Positions 57,257-64,000 of a DNA stretch of 64,000 bases are shown here, piece by piece (the stretch's first letter is position 1; each line of letters opens with the position of its first letter). Origin of the DNA: the human T2T-CHM13v2.0 reference genome, Homo sapiens; contig CP086569.2 of NCBI GenBank assembly GCA_009914755.4, positions 13,760,001-13,824,000 on the forward strand, given 5' to 3'. The notes under the pieces were generated by a model that ran no database searches, had not been told where the DNA came from, and saw only the letters and a list, made by a program, of their open reading frames with translations. The position numbers and the translations under genes are program-made.

Positions 57257-57630
57257 CAGTACAGATTTTTTAAAAGCCTCTTACTGGTTAGTTAATTTAG
57301 TATAGCACATAAGAGTCTTTTTTCCCTAGTAGGCTTTTATACTGGGGTAATTACCATGTTTAATGGTCAGTGTTGATTCATGAAGCAGTTATTGGAAATA
57401 GATCCTTTTAAAAGATAATTGTTAGATAACCACTACTAGCTACTGAAATATTTGTGGTTTGCAATGTATTTTAGAGTAAGCATTTTTTCCGCTCATCTTG
57501 CAAAGTAGTTTATTGTATAAAATACAGGTTTTAAAAGTTTGTTTTCCAGGACCTATTTTTTAATAGACATTTTCTAAAAGCAGTATCTTGGCGATGTTAT
57601 AGGCTTCTAATTTTACATTTTCTCTTTTAG

Positions 57631-57678
57631 AAGGGCGCTATATACCTCCTCACTTAAGGAACAGAGAAGCATCTAAAG
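57631..57678 (+). CDS. DDX3Y: DDX3Y exon 3, (K)GRYIPPHLRNREASK(G)
   Basis: Acceptor ctcttttag|aaggg and donor aag|gtacgt at 57679. The exon is 48 nt. Confidence 0.9.
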
Positions 57679-59185
57679 GTACGTCTTTAAGGCAACTTTG
57701 TAGACCTAACCTTTAGCAGCTAATCAAAGCCTAGGGAAGAAAGTAACTTTAGGAGGTCTATAAATGTTTTTTGTCCCCTCCTGTGCCTCTTTCAGACTGT
57801 CTTTAAGAACTAGCACTTTCTGTTTTTGGAACAGTTTGTATAATGTTGAATGATGGATAGTTGTTTCCTTTGGCAAACTGAGCCCAAAGAATCTGAGTTT
57901 TGTATAGTGGTTTATCTGTTTGTAAACATTTATGTTTTGAAATTTGAAACCAGTGTATTTGTGGAAATGCCTTACGTAAAAGAAACTGTGTAGTGATAAA
58001 GACCTGCTTGCTGCTGTCTGGAAAAGTTAGCACAGCAAAAGTGGGTTTTTTTTTTTTTAGACTAGTTAACAGTTGTTAAGATTACCACTTTTGGCCACAT
58101 CCAATAAGCTGGTGAGATTGTCTGGTTTCAGCCTAAACAACTTCATTTGAAAGGTGTTGCATGAAATGCCTTAAAACACTTAGGATGGTTTACTATTAAA
58201 TTTGTAATTTAGAAAAGTTTAATTGGGGTGATGTTTTGAGTGCTGCATATACATCAAAAAAATTCTAGGAGAAGGAAAGGTCAGGAAAAGTATTTAAAAC
58301 CAAAAGGAAAGAAGGTAATGATAAAGGGGTGTGGAGTGGGTTTGTATTTCTATGTTTAGTCTGTAGCCTCTTTAGGTCTGTTTATCAGAAGACCACTTAG
58401 CTAATGATTGTATTATTTTTTCAGAATAACTGGAGAATTGTTATTCTGAAAAAATATTGCATCTGGCTGGAATTGCATCAAAGGTTTATTAACTGCCTTA
58501 AGGAGAGTTGGCAATATTTTAGTATTTGAGGGGATGGAAGAGACCTTAAACATCTAACTTCCTAAATCTGGGAAGTACAATCGATTTAGTACAATAGATC
58601 TAGATTTAGGAAGTACAATTATTCATTTGTCTAATATTGGAGATTTAAAAGCAGGGGAAAATAACTTTATTAACTTGTAACTTTAAACATTCATTGAAAT
58701 GTTTGAATTTAGGTAAGTGTGTGGTTGTGAAGTGAGTTTACTCTTGTCATTTTTTTTTTATCAGTTTGTAGACATGGAAAGTAGGCAACAATGAGGGTTT
58801 TTTTGTTTTAACACAAGTATACCTTATTCTTAACGAGCATATTAAGATTACATAGTTACTTTTGGACTTTTAGAATTTGAGGCTATTTTAGAGGTCTGGT
58901 AGAGCAAAGTAGACAACATGGAAATTCCTTGTTTTGTATTGACTACTTCCATTTAGCTGATCTGTTTCTTTTTGGTGTTACTAGACAAAGCTAGATTTTA
59001 AAAGATGAATTAAGATGCTCAGCTAACTAGTCCTGTTTATAGTATTGTTGATAGATAGCAAGTTGACTTCTCCAGGTTCTTCATTGAATGAGTCCTTGTT
59101 TACTATGATGCTTGCTACATACAGTTGCTACATACTACTATGTATGAGTAGTTTTTGGTCATAAACTGCATAGAGTTGGAGCTGT

Positions 59186-59472
59186 TTTTTTTTTTTTTTG
59201 AGACGGAGTCTTGCTGTGTTGTCCAGGCTGGAGTACAGTGGCGCGATCTCAGCTCACTGCAAGCTCCACCTCTTGGGTTCATGCCATTCTCCTGCCTCAG
59301 GCTCCTGAGTAGCTGGGACTACATAGGTGCCCGCCACCATGCCCAGCTAATTTTTTTGTATTTTTAGTAGAGACGGGGTTTCACCGTGTTAGCCAGGATG
59401 GTCTTGATCTCCTGACCTTGTGATCTGCCTGCCTTAGCCTCCCAAAGTGCTGGGATTACAGGTGTGAGCCAT
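59186..59472 (-). mobile_element. Alu (antisense, truncated at the element's 5' end), DDX3Y intron 3
   Basis: tttttttttttttttgagacggagtcttgctgtgttgtccaggctggagtacagtggcgcgatctcagctcactgcaagctccacctc...acaggtgtgagccatc. Confidence 0.9.
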
Positions 59473-60018
59473 CCCTGTTTTAATCCATCTGACATATTTC
59501 TTCTGATTATGTAGCTCTCTTAGTTCAAGCTTTTCTGTAGGTAACCCACAGTCCCTGAGGTAATCTTTTACTTAGCTGGGCCTTCCCAAAATGTGTATTA
59601 TATATAGCATATGTTAAATGTTTAGGTTTAACACCTTTTGTATTATTCAGGATTTGTCAAGGATGGGACATAACTAAGAAACTAACAATGGGCTTGCACT
59701 AGCTACAAGTTCAGCTTAAAAATTGGGAACTTGGAATCCCTCTTAGTCATAGCTTAAAAAAAGACTCATCTTAAATAATTTAATTGGAGTAGGTTTATAT
59801 TTTGGATATGTAACATTTACACTTAAAAAATGAATGAAAAAAATTGTTACGATAGTATAGTATTAATAGCATAGCTATGTTACATGCAAGCTACCTTGTT
59901 CTCAGGTCATGAGATTACTTTGCTTCATATAATAATCTCTGGTGGAAGAAAACATTAAAGCTTTTAACAATTCTGCTTATGGGACTTGTAGACCATTGGT
60001 CCCATAAAGATAACATAA

Positions 60019-60240
<222 letters not shown>

Positions 60241-60980
60241 TAAATCTCAGCTTGTGTTTGTATACAGTAGAAATTTAGAAATTTTAATTTGGTAGGTTCT
60301 CATTCTTCATACTTTCAGTGGTCAAGCATATCTTTAACAGATTACTAATGGATTTAAAGCAGAATGTTGGTTTACTCATTGTTTTGTTAGCAGTAAGAGG
60401 TCTTTATTAATTTATTAAATTAGATGAATATGGTATTTGACACAGTGAAATCTGTTTCAACTTAAATGATACTTAAAGCCTGTCTGTGACAGCTTTAAAC
60501 ACTTCATTTTTGATGTGTGTTATAAGTTGATCTTAAAAACCTAATGGCTGTATTTAATCCTTTCTGTTTTTCACAAATAGGAGTAAAACTCTAAAAATAT
60601 TCTCTTGTCACATGTCTACTTTCATATAAAGGAGAAATTCAAGTGTTATTCCTGCTTTCCTACTAGTAAATATATTTAGATGATACTATTTTAAATGAAG
60701 ATGTAAAGTACGTAACTAGTTATAAGTATCTAAAAACCTAATTCTTAGCATGTGAGGTCTAAGCTGTGTGATTTTATAAAAATTTTTATAATTTTCTTAA
60801 AAATGAAGACATAAATTACATTTTAAGTACTGGTTAATTAGAGGGCCTTACTTCACATGAGAAACGAATATTGAATTGCCAGTATCTTCGAAGGGTGGTT
60901 GTGTTCAGTAATTCAACTGATACCCAAGTACGTTTCTAGAGCGATGATAATCTAACATGGGCTAAATCGTGTACTTCTGA

Positions 60981-61154
<174 letters not shown>

Positions 61155-61219
61155 TAAGTTTTTGAAATGTATGTTAATTGTTATGAAATTTATTGCTTAG
61201 TATAACATGTATGTAATAA

Positions 61220-61354
<135 letters not shown>

Positions 61355-61461
61355 TAAAGTTATTAATGCAAACCCATTGGATTATGAAAAAAAAATTAAT
61401 GTCATTGTTAAGAATAATCCTGGAATTAAAAATTTACCAAACTTATGAAGCATCCATTATT

Positions 61462-61759
61462 TTTATTTATTTATTTTTTTGAGACAGATTCTGTTCTGTC
61501 ACGCAGGCTGGAGTGCAGTGGCATGATCTGAGCTCACTGCATCCTCCTTCCTGGGTTCAGGCCATTCTCCCACCTCAACCTCTTAAGTAGCTGGGACTAC
61601 AGGTGCACACCACCACACCCAGCTCATTTTTGTACTTTTAGTAGAGACAGGGTTTCGCCATGTTGGCCAGGCTGGTCTCAAATTCCTGATCTCAAGTGAT
61701 CTTCATGCCTTAGCCTCCCAGAGTGCTGGGACTACAGGCATCAGCCACCATACCTGGCC
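61462..61759 (-). mobile_element. Alu (antisense), DDX3Y intron 6
   Basis: tttttttgagacagattctgttctgtcacgcaggctggagtgcagtggcatgatctgagctcactgcatcctcc...acaggcatcagccaccatacctggcc. Confidence 0.9.
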
Positions 61760-61976
61760 TCCAAAAACTTTTTTCAATGTAGATTAAACCCAGGCATTTT
61801 CTTAAAAAATGCCATGAATCTTTTACTGAAATCATAGCATCTGTAAACTAAATCAGACAGTTTAGTTGGTTACTTCCATTAATATGTTAGTATAAAACAG
61901 AAATTGCGACAGATACAGCATTTTATATCTGCTATGTTTACTTCTGTATTTACTTGTATTTGATTAACCTGGTTAA

Positions 61977-62162
<186 letters not shown>

Positions 62163-62815
62163 TGATCAGACTTACTTTAAAAGTAGTATGTTCTGAAGGG
62201 GATGTCTGAATCCTGTGTTTAGCATTTGAGGTAGGTAAAGATTAGCTGAGGATGTGTCTTTTTGTGTATACCTTTGGATCCTTGGGATGAAACTAATATT
62301 TTTATCTGGACATCTTGAGGAAGCTTATGGCAAAATCTTCTTTAAGAAATAGAACTGCGTATTTTACAGTTAACTCCACGGGAGTTAGCAAACTGCAGCC
62401 TTTAGGTCAAACCTAGCTCTTGTTTATTTTTCAATAGCTGTATTGAAATATAGCCATACCCATTGGTTACGTCTATAGCTGTAGAGGTTAGCCAGAGATG
62501 TGGCAGAGAGACTGGCCTGCAAGAGCCATGTGGCTCTTTACAGAAAGTTCACTGACCCCTGTTTTACCTTCTAACAGTATGTAGTGATTACAAAGAAATG
62601 TTGAACTGAAAGTTGATGCCACTTTTCAGAAAAATGGTTGTGTTTTGTACAAATTGAAATACATTGTTTAAAAATAAAGCACAGTACTCACTTTAGGTTT
62701 GCCATATAAATTTACTGTAACTTCCTAGAAAATTGGAAATAAAGTAAGAAAAATTTTCTTACAATTCAAGGGCATTTAGAACACTTTGTCATCTGTTAAT
62801 ATTCAGAAATGATAA

Positions 62816-62935
<120 letters not shown>

Positions 62936-63154
62936 TAAAATCAGACATTTTTGTTTTAAAAAGCTTTGCAAAGCCCTGTTGACTTTTCTAACGGATGCCA
63001 GATACACCTTATTTTCATTTTTTTTTTTTTACCCCTTTCACCCACTGAAAATAAGTTTGTAGATGTAATCTGCAAATTATAAAGAGAAAGTGATGAATTT
63101 TTAAAAACAATTGAAGTTTTGGGTTATGAATTTAAAATTATATTTATGTTTTAG

Positions 63155-63268
<114 letters not shown>

Positions 63269-63319
63269 TAGTGATTATTGCTTTTCTTATTTGTCAAATG
63301 ATGTTGTTATAGTCACTGA

Positions 63320-63580
<261 letters not shown>

Positions 63581-63853
63581 TAACTTCAATAATTTAATTT
63601 TCTACATAGTTTTGAAAATTGCAGTTAACGTTTTTGTAAAGAGTAAGTGAAATTTTATTTGAGGCTCTGAGCTTCATTTTAACAATCAACATGGGTAATT
63701 CGGTTGTTACCTTGAGCATTTCATCTCATGATTTTGTGTGTGTTTGTGTGTGTATGCATTTGTTGAGTATATGTCAAATTGTGACACTGCAATAGTTACT
63801 ACTTGAGTTACTATATTAGTGCAATTAATTACACAACTATATATAGTAATTAG

Positions 63854-64000
<147 letters not shown>

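Overview
This window is human genomic DNA from the Y-chromosome AZFa interval. It holds the last four coding exons and 3'UTR of USP9Y, then about 44 kb of repeat-dense intergenic DNA, then the CpG-island promoter and coding exons 1-11 of DDX3Y. Exon 11 is cut by the window end. Both genes are on the + strand.

Gene identities were read from the translated exons. The DDX3Y start is MSHVVVKNDPELDQQ and exon 4 reads ...[38 protein letters not shown]..., both Y-type rather than DDX3X-type. The USP9 C-terminus ...[12 protein letters not shown] is followed directly by the DDX3Y gene, the known AZFa order. Every exon boundary uses canonical AG/GT splice sites and keeps reading frame.

The intergenic and intronic DNA is typical primate repeat landscape:
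- About 40 Alu copies, including three young CpG-intact AluY.
- Several antisense L1 fragments, including a 5'UTR+ORF1 segment at the window start and a nested L1 cluster at 29.8-35.6 kb.
- Two MaLR/THE1-like LTRs, each split by an Alu.
- An SVA with 12-bp target-site duplications at 26.37-27.86 kb. Its VNTR produces the longest ORFs in the supplied track, and they are spurious.
- A degraded gamma-type ERV provirus on the + strand at about 40.6-47.4 kb, with recognisable RT, integrase and env immunosuppressive-domain motifs.
- A second ERV pol relic on the - strand at 9.6-10.9 kb.
- Several microsatellites.

Features worth a second look are a 4-copy, roughly 100-bp minisatellite about 0.9 kb upstream of the DDX3Y ATG, matching MSY2; a 535-bp retro-inserted composite with 16-bp target-site duplications that shares derived sequence with a locus 20 kb upstream; and a duplicated USP9Y 3'UTR segment inside the preceding intron.

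No prokaryotic-type system, CRISPR array, rRNA or tRNA is present. I see no evidence for a previously undescribed system. This is a well-studied locus. All repeat coordinates are approximate, within about 15 bp.
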